A stretch of DNA of 63,436 nucleotides, counting the filler, from Rhabdomonas costata (lineage: Eukaryota), in the NCBI GenBank assembly GCA_019059605.1. It is 53 parts of 53 records of this genome, joined end to end, with 100 filler letters (N's around TTAATTAATTAA, not from the genome) between each part and the next. Parts side by side here need not be neighbours in the genome. Positions count along the whole stretch, not along the records: positions 11,990 to 13,088 come from JAHMHO010028651.1; positions 13,189 to 14,288 come from JAHMHO010028652.1; positions 14,389 to 15,488 come from JAHMHO010028653.1; positions 15,589 to 16,687 come from JAHMHO010028654.1; positions 16,788 to 17,886 come from JAHMHO010028655.1; positions 17,987 to 19,085 come from JAHMHO010028656.1; positions 19,186 to 20,285 come from JAHMHO010028657.1; positions 20,386 to 21,484 come from JAHMHO010028658.1; 45 more parts are not named here. The stretch is one strand, 5' to 3'. The translations under genes were made by a program, and so were the position numbers. Positions 12,488 to 24,805 of the stretch are shown here, piece after piece. The notes under the pieces are model-generated. The model searched no databases. It worked only from the letters and a program-made list of their open reading frames with translations, and had not been told where the DNA came from. Position 1 is the first letter of the stretch. Each line of letters begins with the position of its first letter.

Positions 12488-12701
12488 CCTCATCGTGCAA
12501 GAACTTCAGGCCCTCCAGTATCTGCCTGAGGTAGCTGCGGCAGCGCTCAGCTTCAACCTTCCCAGCACTCGTCAGGACGTCGCTCAGGGACTGATCCATG
12601 CGCTCCATCACAATTAGTAGCCGCTCCTTGTAGTCGAAGACGTCCAGCAGCTTCACGATGTGGGGATGGTTGTGCTTCTCCAAGCTCTTGAGAATCTTTG
12701 C
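12488..12701 (-). CDS. Ser/Thr protein kinase (CMGC/CDK-like) exon, subdomains III-VIa
   Basis: KILKSLEKHNHPHIVKLLDVFDYKERLLIVMERMDQSL..RSYLRQILEGLKFLH between AG and GT sites. Confidence 0.9.
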
Positions 12702-13638
12702 CTTTGAATCCCACCGAATTGCATCGAAAAAACCTCACATACCCATCCCTCATGGCTCCATCACAGTGCCGGAAGTTGCTGCCTTTCACGGTCTATCTCG
12801 CCTCAACATTTCCATTACCACTTTCACGCGTTGCAATATAAACGCCCCTCACAGAAGATGTTAAAGAAAGTTACACCCCGAAACTCAGAAGAACGTCTGC
12901 AACGTATTTCAACCTGGAGGCGTCAGACCTTATATAACTGTCATCGTCTTCAGCAGGATGATGATTTGGCCCTATGGTCCCGCGATTCCCACTGCCATTT
13001 TGGCTGGCACCCATATCAAAGAAATGTTCTGATTTGTGATGCTAAGCGCCGCAGGCGCGAGAAAACTTTCCATTTTTGCACCCACAACNNNNNNNNNNNN
13101 NNNNNNNNNNNNNNNNNNNNNNNNNNNNNNNNTTAATTAATTAANNNNNNNNNNNNNNNNNNNNNNNNNNNNNNNNNNNNNNNNNNNNGTGGTGGGTGTG
13201 TTTGGGGTGTGTGGTAGACATTCATGCCTGTGGTTGCTCTCTGGCAAAACGGTAGTTTTTTGGGGGAACAAGAAACCAGTTTTTCATTCCGGGGTGATTC
13301 ATAATATGGTTGAAACAAAAAACGTAACCACTGCTGACCAAACTAGCCAGGTTTTTTTAAGTTACAGCCTCCATGCAAAGCAGTGAACAATGTGTTTTTT
13401 TGTTTTTTTTCAACTCCGCAAACATCCAAAGCAAAAACATCGCTTGGATCACCAATCAGTGAAGTACAAACTATCGTCCTCACGGAATTCTCATTGCGGG
13501 GCAGGACGCCAAAAAAGAACAACCGCGGAAAACGAGAAGGAGGAGGAGGAGAGGGGCTCGTTCACAAAAGGCGCGCGATTCAGGAAAAAGCAAACTTACA
13601 TTGAAAAGACAAAGCGGATGCTTCCAGAGAGCCTGACA

Positions 13639-14288
13639 TCAGCGAAAGGGATCGTGAATGTTTTGAGTGAGTTCAACGTAGGCGGCATGAGAGGGAATCT
13701 GTATTTCCCCTTGTTGCGCATCACCTTCCGCTTTGGACTGCAGCCATTGCTCGAATCTGCATAAAGAGTAGTCCAGGATCTGCTGCTGCTCAGGTGTGGG
13801 GACCAAACTCCTTAGGAAAAGCACTTTCTTGCCGGGAAACCAATAGTGGATGCATCTACCACCCCCCCGCTTAAGCATCAGCACATCACTGAAGCTAGCA
13901 CTGGCTGGGAACTCGCCCTCCACCACCCATCGGTAACCGATCACCGAAACAAAGTAGCACCGCCCCTCAATCGGTCGAGGCGTTGCGCCCATGAGGTAAA
14001 CAGCGGCAGAGAAGGCCTTTGACGGGACGTCGTTCACATGAGTTACCTGCCAGTTCTCCCAGCCAGCGTTTATGTCACCGATGCCCAAAGGAAGGAAGCT
14101 ATCGTCGAAGCAAATGTTTTCCCTGTCCTTGGTCTTGTCCTCGCTCTCGTCCTCAGCCTCGGCCTCGGCCTCGAAGTAACTTAAGGAGAGCACGAGCACT
14201 GGGGAGAAACGCTTGTAGGAAACCTCCGCAGAACCTTGGAGCTTGTGGGACACGCTGCGGAGGGTGGCCCCAGAGCGGATTTCCTCTT
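13639..14288 (-). CDS. Hypothetical protein, terminal exon (over 210 aa)
   Basis: Frame open from contig edge to TGA at 13639; globular-looking composition; no family recognised. Confidence 0.55.
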
Positions 14289-14438
14289 NNNNNNNNNNNN
14301 NNNNNNNNNNNNNNNNNNNNNNNNNNNNNNNNTTAATTAATTAANNNNNNNNNNNNNNNNNNNNNNNNNNNNNNNNNNNNNNNNNNNNCCACTCAAAACT
14401 TCTCATGCCCGGATCCGTCGGGCGTTGGTCAGACACAC

Positions 14439-15265
14439 CTTCGTCTTTGTGGTTTAGCTCCTCGGCCTTCGCCAAGTTCGCCTCAAGGGCTTGCACGCGG
14501 GCCAGAAGGGCCTCCTCCTGAATCCCCAGGCGCGAGAGGCACATGAGCTAGTGAACTCCTCACGACTTTATGTGCAATCCGAATCGCCCACAAAACAATT
14601 AAAGATCAACGCAAGCCAGTGGTCGGTCAAGATTGAGGGAGTTAATGGCCCCAACCCTCTCTTGAGAAGAGAGCAGCACACAGGGAAGGGCAAGTGGTGA
14701 ACGCAGAGAAACGTATATAAGCTATTTTACTCTTAATCAGAATGCGGCATACATAGGGATAACTGGCCAGCAGGTGAGGGCCCTCAGTCACGTCCCCTCC
14801 ACTTCCAACCAGAAAGGGTGCAACGAGGAGGGAAAGATGCACAGAACAGCTGCGCCTGTATGGCCTGAGCCCTGCCGAACCCGCCCAAAGTTTGTCGATG
14901 CCTCTCGATGTCTGATGGGGGGATCGGAGCAGAGAAGAAGGACATTCAGAAGTGCAAACTGGCGCACGATGGTGTCACGTTCTATTGCTCCTAATCCAGA
15001 AAATACGCAAAGAACCCGAAAAAACGAACTGCTTCACTACCCCACTACCCCGCAGGCTGTACATGCCCAGAGCAAAGGACCTCCTAGCCCTGTTCCAGCA
15101 AATCAACCTCGGTCTTGTACCGCACCGCGGCGGCCTCCTCCTGCTCCTTGACCTCCCTCTCGAACTCCCGGGCCTCTTCCACGGCACTGCTCTGGATGCT
15201 CTCCAACTCCTCTGCGAGAGGCACCCCACCCCCGCGGGTGTGGGGGCAACTTACCAGCGATTGGT
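14439..15265 (-). CDS. Coiled-coil protein, at least two exons
   Basis: LAEELESIQSSAVEEAREFEREVKEQEE and LGIQEEALLARVQALEANLAKAEEL; E/A/L-rich heptads; boundaries approximate. Confidence 0.55.
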
Positions 15266-16115
15266 GAGATGTTTTCTTGCTAAGTAACAAACAACTTTGT
15301 GAATGGGGGGGGGGGGGCAACTTTCAAAGGGTCCTGATCGGACGTGCTGCTATGAACTGTCCCATGCGCATGCGTAGGGCTTTGCAAACGGAGTGCACAG
15401 CTGGAAGGGGTCTGAAAATACAGATTCTTTTTTACAGATCGGACATCGGATAACAAAACTCTGATCAAATGCACAATCGGATGATATANNNNNNNNNNNN
15501 NNNNNNNNNNNNNNNNNNNNNNNNNNNNNNNNTTAATTAATTAANNNNNNNNNNNNNNNNNNNNNNNNNNNNNNNNNNNNNNNNNNNNGTGTTGTGGGGA
15601 ACCCTTTCGACCTAATCAAGGAAAGGCGGCATACCATACTGGAGAGGAAAGAGGGTAGGCGCCGGAGTGTGCCGGAATGCTTCCGTTTAGAGCCACGCTG
15701 GAGAGAGAGAGGCCATTTAAGGGCCATTTTTGGGTGTTTTGGGGGCCCTTTTTGTCTTTATACAGGCTTGGAAGGATCTTTGTTTTGGGCTTGCTTTACA
15801 TCGGGCTTGGGTTTGATAAGAAAAAGAACTGTAGGCCGGCACACCGTCAGCCCACCTGCACGCTGGTGTGCCAGCAACGATTTTCATGGATGATTTTGGA
15901 TGTTTATATTCCTATCTTCGGGTCGTGTGGTAAACATTGTTCCAGAACACAATTGCAATAAAGCTGACCGGAGAATCGTGGACAGGTTTAGAACGCTCAC
16001 ACAGCTTCCCCTCTTTATTTCCTTTGTATGTGTTCTGGAGAATGTAGGTGGGTAGGTGGGTGGGTGGGTAGTTTGGCCGTACGGCCGGTCTCTATGATGC
16101 CTCCCTCACCCATAG

Positions 16116-16271
16116 GTTCGGATGCAGGCGCACAGCTCGGGCGGACAGCCGAGGTACACCAGCACCGCGCAGGCTGTGCAGCAGATTATTCGGGAGGAGG
16201 GGGGCGTCCGCGCGTTATGGAAAGGCTTGCTCCCCAACGTCGGACGCTCCGCCGTGCTGACAGCCTCTCAG
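16116..16271 (+). CDS. Mitochondrial carrier family (SLC25; UCP/oxoglutarate/dicarboxylate-like) exon
   Basis: VRMQA..PRYTSTAQAVQQIIREEGGVRALWKGLLPNVGRSAVLTASQ; 156-bp phase 0-0 exon between CATAG| and |GTGCTT. Confidence 0.92.
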
Positions 16272-16809
16272 GTGCTTGCGCGGAGCACGGGGCGGGAAGT
16301 TCTAAGCAAGAACCAGATTTTTTGCGGAGAGAAAAACGGTGGAGATCCCGCCTCCAGCAAAGAAATGGATACATTTGGTGAGGACACTTACCGCACGCAA
16401 GTTAGTCCTCCTATATTTTTCAGGTGCCCCGCTACCACCACACTTATCAGGGGTGCGTGCTGTTTTGTTCGCTGCCAAAAAAGAACCACAAAGATAAAAA
16501 AACGAAAAAATACAGACGTTGTTAAACGTGTATGTTTATTCGCTCTTTCAGTGGCGACAGGTTGCGTAGATTAAAAGCAGGACCCTCTGTTTACTGCACC
16601 GTTCCCTGCAGCTTGAATGAGAACATGCGAAAACCGATAGTAAGCAGTTTTGAATTCATTCGCTACGCCATTCCCTACCCCCCAAAANNNNNNNNNNNNN
16701 NNNNNNNNNNNNNNNNNNNNNNNNNNNNNNNTTAATTAATTAANNNNNNNNNNNNNNNNNNNNNNNNNNNNNNNNNNNNNNNNNNNNTGTTGGTGTGTTT
16801 GGGGGGGTG

Positions 16810-16990
16810 TGGAAGTGGAGGTGGCAGCGGCAGCGTTGGCAGTGGTGGCAGCGGGGGGGCCCCCGCGAAGCCCGTGAAAAGGTTCCGCACGGGGTACCTT
16901 CGGGATATCCGAGACGAGGACATGGAGGCCCTGGCCCGCGCCGCGCTCAGCGCAGGGATGACCCAGGAGGTCTCCGGCACGGCAGCTTAG
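16810..16990 (+). CDS. C-terminal exon of unknown protein
   Basis: High-GC3 frame with GS-rich linker, then KPVKRFRTGYLRDIRDEDMEALARAAL, ending in TAG. Confidence 0.4.
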
Positions 16991-18554
16991 AAATAGAGAG
17001 AGAGAGAGGCTGTTCGTTGTTCTTCGTTTCGGTTGCGAAGGAGGTCACTGCTGTCCACGATGTAGGTGTCAACGTTGGCGCAATCGTCCCCCGGCTTATG
17101 GGAGAGAAGCCCTCTGCTCTAAGGGTTTTTAGCACTTCTAGCAATGTGTAGCAAGGTCGCATCCTATAGAACGAAAAGGCTTGAGAGGTGGACTTGAAGT
17201 AGTTTACTGAATAGAGGGTGGGCAGTTGTTCAAACAAATAAAAATACAAGAGAGATCCCTTAATGCAACTTGTCGCTGCCCCGCCCCCTGCCCACATTTT
17301 CCACATTTACAGGTTAACACACAAGTCCTCGGACAGTGAAAGAGGAAAATAACAGTGTTCGGGAAATCGAATCTTGGCCTCTTGCCCCATACTTCCGTTC
17401 CGTCAGTGTTCCGCACTTACCTCCTCTCCCTCCCTCCGCACACACCAATACAATTGTAAACATCCCGCGCGCGCGCACACACACCGGCCCCTCATCTCAA
17501 AAGTCTAATACAAGCTGTTTGCACTTGTAACTTCAGCGCAATCCAACGTCAGACTCTTCCCGCTGGTCCACTGAAGTCGAGAACCTGGCAGTGTGACACC
17601 ATATTTTGCGCACTTCTTCGACAGGACGAGGGTGCCGGACTGGGCTTGGTGCCGATCTCCGAGCTACCGTTACCCTCTGCGCTGGCCTCGGAACAGGGTA
17701 CGCCCCACCACCACCTGCATATTCACCCCATTACCTTTCTTCCCATCACTGCGGTTTCCCAGCTTGTTAGGACATGCGGTTTGGGAAGCACACTTAGGTC
17801 CTTTCATACTCCTCACCCCACCCCATTCTTGCACAGGAATCAAACAAAAGCCTCCTTTCAGGAAAATATGTGAACAAAGGTCAGCANNNNNNNNNNNNNN
17901 NNNNNNNNNNNNNNNNNNNNNNNNNNNNNNTTAATTAATTAANNNNNNNNNNNNNNNNNNNNNNNNNNNNNNNNNNNNNNNNNNNNTTGGGGACACCTGC
18001 CCGCAAGTGTCCTTTCCACCGCCATTCAGCCCCGAGACCTTCGTTCTGCCTGAAGACTGGCCCGCGCTCGAGAATGTAGCCAGCTCCAGCGTAGAGGTCC
18101 TTTCCAGGGCTTGTTGCTTTCCATTTTTGCAACGCGGGTTCAGGGAAGCCTCGAATTTCCCGATGTCTCCTGTTGTAATATTATTTGCGTGGTCCAAATT
18201 GTGGCATGTTCTTGGAGTTACGGTGCATCCGTGGTCTGCCGTTGACTGCTCACTGCTGAAAGAGCGGACAGCTCATGCAAATCAGGATGCGCAAGAAAAA
18301 CGAGACTAACGCCGCGTGTTTTTATGGGAAGGCGTGGATCATGTGTGCTGTTCCATAAGGATAGGATGATACCCACTGACTGGCGCAGTCCTTTTTGGGT
18401 GATTGTTCCCTTAGCCCGTTGTCTGGATCTGCAAGGCCAGCCACCTCAGCCGGGGCCGCGATATCTTCGTCTGCCGCGACCTTTCTCGCCTTCCCCGAGC
18501 TGATGCTGCGGCGCCGCCACAGCCCTCGTCCTCTGAGGATCCAACCTTGGCCAG

Positions 18555-19085
18555 TGGTGTGGGCAGTGGCGCGCTGCTTCCCTGCCTGGTGCAGCGCTAC
18601 CTGCAGACCCCTTTGCTGCTGGAAGGGTATAAAATGGACCTCCGGGTGTATGTACTGGTGACATCCTTTCACCCGCTACGCGTGTACGTCTACCGTGACG
18701 CGCTGATACGGGTCTCCTCCAGACCGTACGGCTCTGGTCTCCCAACCCCTCTCCTCTGCTTTCCCCTTTCTCTTTCAAGAAGCGTAGGGGCATTATGCTG
18801 GCAGCATGTGACATAACATACTGGAGAGCAGGAGACAGCAGCCGAATAGGCCTGTTTTTTTTGTAAATACAGCAGGCCTCCCGAAACGCTGCACTGCTTC
18901 GCACGCTTCAAAAAATAGGGATGCGCATGCTTTTACACGAACATTGTGAAATACAAGTGGGTGTTTTTCCATGTTCCCAGGGTTTTTCTTCACCCACCTC
19001 GTCTGCAGACACGGCCTTCACTTCGGACGGGCTCTCTGATCTCTGCCGGCACCTTACAAACGCCACCCTGAACAAGTCTGTGGGT
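18555..19085 (+). CDS. Tubulin-tyrosine ligase-like (TTLL) protein; exons about 18555-18730 and 19009-19085
   Basis: LVQRYLQTPLLLEGYKMDLRVYVLVTSFHPLRVYVYRDALIR and RHLTNATLNK are diagnostic TTL motifs; joined in frame by GC-AG intron 18731-19008. Confidence 0.93.
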
Positions 19086-19379
19086 NNNNNNNNNNNNNNN
19101 NNNNNNNNNNNNNNNNNNNNNNNNNNNNNTTAATTAATTAANNNNNNNNNNNNNNNNNNNNNNNNNNNNNNNNNNNNNNNNNNNNCGCTACCGCAGGGGC
19201 TGCTGATTTGGGGGAGGACGAGGAGGAAGCTCGCGTCTCACCGGCCTGCAAGGGATGAAAGGCTGCGACAACTTCCACGTCCTCATCCTTCTGTGTACCC
19301 ATGACAGGCACAGCGGACCCCGCACGCAGCGGTTTCGGCTTTCGCCATATCTGGGATTGACCTGCAGCCCTCAAAACAC

Positions 19380-20087
19380 TCAGGGTTCTTGAGGGGAGGC
19401 AGGGACAGGAGCCGTCCCGGATGATTTGGGCTTCGGCGTCGTCGTTCTGGGTGCAGCACGAGCAACGGAGGCTGCCGCGGCCACCGCAGCTTCCCTGCGC
19501 TTTTTTCGGGCTTCACGGTTTCTTTTATTCTTTTTCGATGATACTGTCGGTGGTGGGGAGGAGCCCTGCGGCCGCATTGGCTTTGGTTTGGGGACTGAGT
19601 GGAGCCTTCTGTCCGCAGCCGGTGGTGGGGCTTTCGGTGGGAACTTTGGCTGTGGCTTGGGAGCTGGCGACGGCTTTGTTGGAACCGCTGCGGGCTTGGC
19701 CGCGACCTTTTGAGGTGTCACCATCCACGGGCGACCTCGGAGCTGCCGCACCACGCTGAACGTCACCGGAGATGGAACAAAAACTGCCCCACTTCGCCGC
19801 AGATAGTCCCCATCCGAGGTGCAAAGCGCATACAGCTCCAACTCCCTTGCCTGCAACAGCAGCCACCGCCGGTCCCAAGCATCCCACATTGCTCGCCCGT
19901 TGGGGGTGTCCCGCAGCGTACACGCATAGCACCCATGCTCACTGGATCCGCAGAGAACGCATTGCTGCGAGCACTGCTCCCCGACGCCAACCCCCGTGCG
20001 GTACAACTGCTGCTGCACCGCACGAGGGAGTCCACGCCAGCGAAAATGGGGAAACTGCGGCGGAACCCCCATTATGTGCACCCACAA
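19380..20087 (-). mobile_element. Gag/ORF1-like remnant of a retrotransposon (CCHC zinc knuckle plus Pro/Lys-rich tail)
   Basis: CVLCGSSEHGCYAC = CX2CX4HX4C at 19961-19920; intronless; in-frame stop shortly upstream suggests decay. Confidence 0.5.
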
Positions 20088-20816
20088 ACACGAGCACGCG
20101 CTTTCTCTTACCTATACTACTAGCCCAGTCGGGCGCCTGTTCAACAGGCTTCTTCCTTCTTTCTATTGCGGTGGTTGCGGTTCCAGCCTTTCACTTTCCC
20201 TCCAGCAAAGGCCTCAAACCGCAAAAAGAAACGTCCTCAGTGAAACAACAAACCTGTACATGAAGCAAAGTAGCGACATGCACGGNNNNNNNNNNNNNNN
20301 NNNNNNNNNNNNNNNNNNNNNNNNNNNNNTTAATTAATTAANNNNNNNNNNNNNNNNNNNNNNNNNNNNNNNNNNNNNNNNNNNNATCCCCACAGATGCC
20401 AAAGTGGCGTTGAGGAAGCTGTGGAAGAAACGAGAAGGGTCCGTTACAAAGCAGCGCATACAGAGACGAAATAAAGTGAAAGAATGACTTATTGTTCAAT
20501 ACAATTATTATTCTTCCATACAGTTGAAACGATTTCGAGTCATGGTCATGGGTAGTTTTGTGGGCCTGCTGTTTGAAGTCATTGAAACGAATGTAGACGT
20601 GTTTGGAGTGTACCAGTGTGTGTGAGGGGGAGGGGGGTGCGTGTTTGTGGGTGGGTTGGAGTTGCCTAGAAACGCGGTTTAATGCGCTATTGACGTTTCC
20701 CAGCTGTAGAGGAGCGGCCAGGCAGCGGAAGAGCATTTGAAAGCCCGCTGAAGGCAGATAAAGGGACCCCCCCTGTCATGTCTTGGCATGCACACCGATC
20801 TCTCTCTGCTTGTCAG

Positions 20817-20925
20817 GTGCTGCTGGAGCCTTCCTCTGGCATTGTTCTCGAGAACTACCAGGGTCATAGGGCCGGAATCCTGGGCGTGACATTCAGCTTG
20901 GAGTACAACTTTATCATCACCTGCG
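20817..20925 (+). CDS. WD40-repeat exon (absent from the ORF track)
   Basis: TCAG| VLLEPSSGIVLENYQGHRAGILGVTFSLEYNFIITC |GTTTGC; GH...V.FS....I.T pattern of one WD40 blade. Confidence 0.75.
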
Positions 20926-21584
20926 GTTTGCACTCACCCTAAATTATTCGTTTCTCGAGCTGATGCCGTTTCACGCAGTCGGCTCAGCAGCGTTTCTCCA
21001 AATGGAGCAAAATACTGACCTATTTAGCTGTTTGTTTTTTGCCGCTGCTTGTTTTACTTAGTTATTCCTGATCGTTGCTTGGATGGAACCGTGCTCTTGA
21101 CGTTTCTTCACCCTCCCTCAATCATCATTGTCTTCATTCCTGTGTTTCCCGATGGAATAAGAGCGCGAGTTCAGTGGGCGGTCCTTGGGGTCAGTTTCAT
21201 GATCTTCCCTATCGGCAGGTAGTGGCACCAATTGGAGGCTCTTTCATATGTCTTTTTGCGCCGCTTATTGACCCGCTGCGAAGGGTTTAAGGATAACCTC
21301 AAGCTCACACCAGGGGTGTCGAGGCCACCGCGTGTACGCCTATCAGGGTGGAGTGATGCTGCACTGCATCCACCAGGCGGAAGGGTTTGTACTCAGGAGT
21401 GTTCGCAAGCCACACCAGGGGCTCAAACTCGTATCCTGAACCCCCCCCCAAGCAAGGACCCACCACCCCACACACACCCAACACNNNNNNNNNNNNNNNN
21501 NNNNNNNNNNNNNNNNNNNNNNNNNNNNTTAATTAATTAANNNNNNNNNNNNNNNNNNNNNNNNNNNNNNNNNNNNNNNNNNNN

Positions 21585-21757
21585 TGTTTGTTGTTCCGTC
21601 TTGAAGTCGAAATGTACCAAAGACGTAAAAGAGACGTAAGCTTAAACCGTAACCTGCGACACTGATCAACAGCTGACAGTGTCGCAGGTTACGGTTTAAG
21701 CTTACGTCTCTTTTACGTCTTTGGTACATTTCGACTTCAAGACGGAACAATAAACAA
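21585..21757. repeat. Fold-back inverted repeat at contig start (probable chimera)
   Basis: About 75-80-bp arms around a 12-nt loop (ATCAACAGCTGA), adjacent to the G/T tract. Confidence 0.88.
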
Positions 21758-22868
21758 CCGGGATGCACTGATGCACCCCAAATGTGGGATGGGGAAAGAT
21801 TTCACAGCCTGGAATGGGGTCAAGAACTATGGTCAATAGAACAAGATAATAGTGACAGCCGCATACACGTGGGACCTATCCTCTCTGCTCCTTGGTTTAC
21901 AAACTCTGGCAGAAAAGGCGAAAGCTTCCAATGACCCGGAAGCAATCAAATGCACAAACATATTTTTGATGCACCTTTCCCGCTCTGATGTATGGTGAGA
22001 TCTGTGATCCGCTCAGAAGAATTTACATGCGTCCATATCTCCGCCCCCCCCCCGCCCATTGGGCGCACATTTCCTGTAAGGGCGAAATGGTCTGGAAGAC
22101 CCTTCACCACCACCACATCACAAACTCGCACCGACTCACGCGCACCCACACAGTCGTTCCAAGGCGACGACAATGGTACGGCAAAAAGCTTTTCGCTTGA
22201 CCTTGACATTGCAAGCGCACAGCGGTCATTCTTCCTGAGAAGGAAGGTAAGGCAAAGTCGGCACTGGGCAGAGCCCCAGTGCAGGTTCCCCAGCAAGGCC
22301 CTCAGGAGGACCCCTGCGGAGCATCAGAAGCGGAGTTCTCACCTGTGCAAAGAAAAAGAAATAGAAGGAAAGGAGTCACCCAAGCAAATAAGTCAAACCA
22401 GGAACTAAACCGAGGACCCCACCACCACCACCACCACCAAAATAAAAAGAAAGCAAAGAACAGCACTATTCAGCAAATGCTCAACACCACGACAAATGGC
22501 TCCTTGGAGACGTGCATCCATACAGGTACCCCCCCACACCGACTCGGAGGCCAAGATGCGGTCAACAAACTCAACCCGGAACGACAACCATACCACCAAA
22601 TGTCTCTAAAGGGGCCAAGCAGAGCGATTGGGACTCGCCGTTGGGCTATATCGGGAGCATGCATTCCCCGCGCAAACCTTCGGNNNNNNNNNNNNNNNNN
22701 NNNNNNNNNNNNNNNNNNNNNNNNNNNTTAATTAATTAANNNNNNNNNNNNNNNNNNNNNNNNNNNNNNNNNNNNNNNNNNNNGGGTGTTTTTTGGTGTG
22801 GTTTTGTTTCCAAGATGACAGCCGTCCACTCTGTTGCTCTCTATCTCGGTCCCGTTTTCTTTCCTTAG

Positions 22869-23741
22869 AAAGCAAGTTGACGATGATGAGGCACTGGCCA
22901 CGGTTAGCGCCTCTATGACGGCCTTCAGCCCTGCCTCTGCTGCCCCGCCCGCCTCGTCGGCCGCAGAGGGCCTCGTGGCCAACGACGGTGGGCCGGAGAT
23001 TGGCAGTGTCGCCTCTCCCCTAGCCTCAGTCTCGCAGGCAGCACCTCTGTCTGCTGTGCCTGCCCCGACCCCACCCACCGCACAGCCTGTGAAGGTGAAG
23101 GAGGTGGGCAACTGGGCGCAGTACAGAACCCCAGAGGGCAAGTATGGCTCCCGTACCAGACCCCATACTTGCTGAACGTACACACAAATCAGCGTGTTTG
23201 CACGTTGAGTGCGCTTCACGTATGATGATGCTGAATTTCCCTCTGTCAGACCGGTAAGCCCCCAAACAGGCCGCAGGTCTCCAGGGCTGCGACAGAATCG
23301 TTCGGGCCCAGTCCGCAGTACGGTGCTAGCTTGACGTACTCCTTTGCTTCCCTTGAGTATGATATGACAGGATAGGATACGTTGGCCAAAAGCGTGGGCT
23401 GAATGCAGGTTTGCTGGCCTGCACAGGTCCAAAAATACTGCCAAACAAGGCCCTTGGAAATGCGGTCAGGACAAAGAAAGCCTGAAAGGGCCAAAAATAA
23501 AATACCCTTCATGCTGCAGCCAGGCATAGATTGCACACACAGACCCCACTGCTAGTGATTATCACCAACTCTTTTCAGGTTGTATTACCACAACACGGTG
23601 ACGAAGAAGACCAGCTGGAAGACGCCTCCGGAGTTCCACGACTCCGATGAGGTCCCAGCGGCCCCAGTACCTCCACCTCCTCTGGCTGCGGCTGTGACTC
23701 TCGCCACAGCCCCTGCAGCACGGCAGCTGCTGTGCTCGAAG
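22869..23741 (+). CDS. WW-domain protein; exons 22869-23141 and 23579-23741
   Basis: Removing GT-AG intron 23142-23578 (phase 2) gives WAQYRTPEGKLYYHNTVTKKTSWKTP, a textbook WW domain, flanked by Ala/Pro-rich linkers. Confidence 0.92.
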
Positions 23742-23989
23742 GTGAGGGGTTGGTCTTGGTGGTGTTCGTCTTGCTGGGCAATTCCTTTTGCTACTGATTT
23801 TTATGGATTGATATAACGCCGTTCTCTGTTGTCTTCGCTTCTGTTCTCGAGGAAGCCTCGTGACTTGAGCCACCCAAAACCCNNNNNNNNNNNNNNNNNN
23901 NNNNNNNNNNNNNNNNNNNNNNNNNNTTAATTAATTAANNNNNNNNNNNNNNNNNNNNNNNNNNNNNNNNNNNNNNNNNNNNGATGTGG

Positions 23990-24805
23990 AACTCCGCCAG
24001 TGGGGTGGGGTGCTACGCGGGCGATGAGGAGGCCTACGAGATCTTCGCGCCGTTCTTCGACAAGGTGATCAGCGAGTATCACAAGGTGTGCCTTGGTGTT
24101 TATATGGAACTGCTGCGCCTTGCCGCGCGGTGTGGAACCGTCTGGCGCCCTTCCACTGAGACTGCTGTGGAGGAGCTCTCATTGATCAAGTAGTTGCGCA
24201 CCCAGGGGGACCACCAGAGGCTGCACCTCGCGCTGAGAGTCTCCACGAGCCGGAGTGGGGACCCTGTCTCCCCGTTATTTGAGATTTTGTTCTCATCAAG
24301 GGTCCGGCTAGCGGCACATGAACTTGCTGGGTCGCGCAGCGGCAGTGGGAGTGCCCACCAAAACTGATTGCACAGACCCACTTAGTATTCTCCATGGACT
24401 ATGTTTCGAGACGCGCGTGCCGACGCATCTGAAAGTGCGTTATAGTGTGTGCGAAAGCTGTTCTGATGAGCCGCTTGGGACCTTGGGGTGTTCACTGTCC
24501 CATTTCGTTCCTCTGTTGGCAAAATAGACTGACTCTGTTGGCTTTTGACGCACACCCGTCGGCGTACCTGGAGGCACGTTGCCAATACTCCGGTTATCTT
24601 TTCTGTTGCTCAAAAGCAGATAAACCAACAAACTCAGGTCGATGCGAAGACGGTGAAGCATGTGACGGACTTCTCCGTGGACCGGATCCCCACGGACCCG
24701 GTGGACCCCACGGGGCAGTACGTGAAGTCCACGCGAATTCGCGTGGGCCGGAACCTCAAGGGCTACCCCTTCGCCCCCATGATGACCAAAGAGCTCCGCC
24801 TCGAG
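23990..24805 (+). CDS. Arginine kinase / ATP:guanido phosphotransferase; exons about 23990-24085 and 24638-24805
   Basis: SGVGCYAGDEEAYEIFAPFFDKVISEYH and DPTGQYVKSTRIRVGRNLKGYPFAP; phase-0 GT-AG intron 24086-24637. Confidence 0.95.

Noticed and set aside
21760..22683. Protein-like broken frames here and at 29056-29871 and 34768-34980
   Set aside because: Possibly decayed transposon ORFs, but no diagnostic motif supports a call
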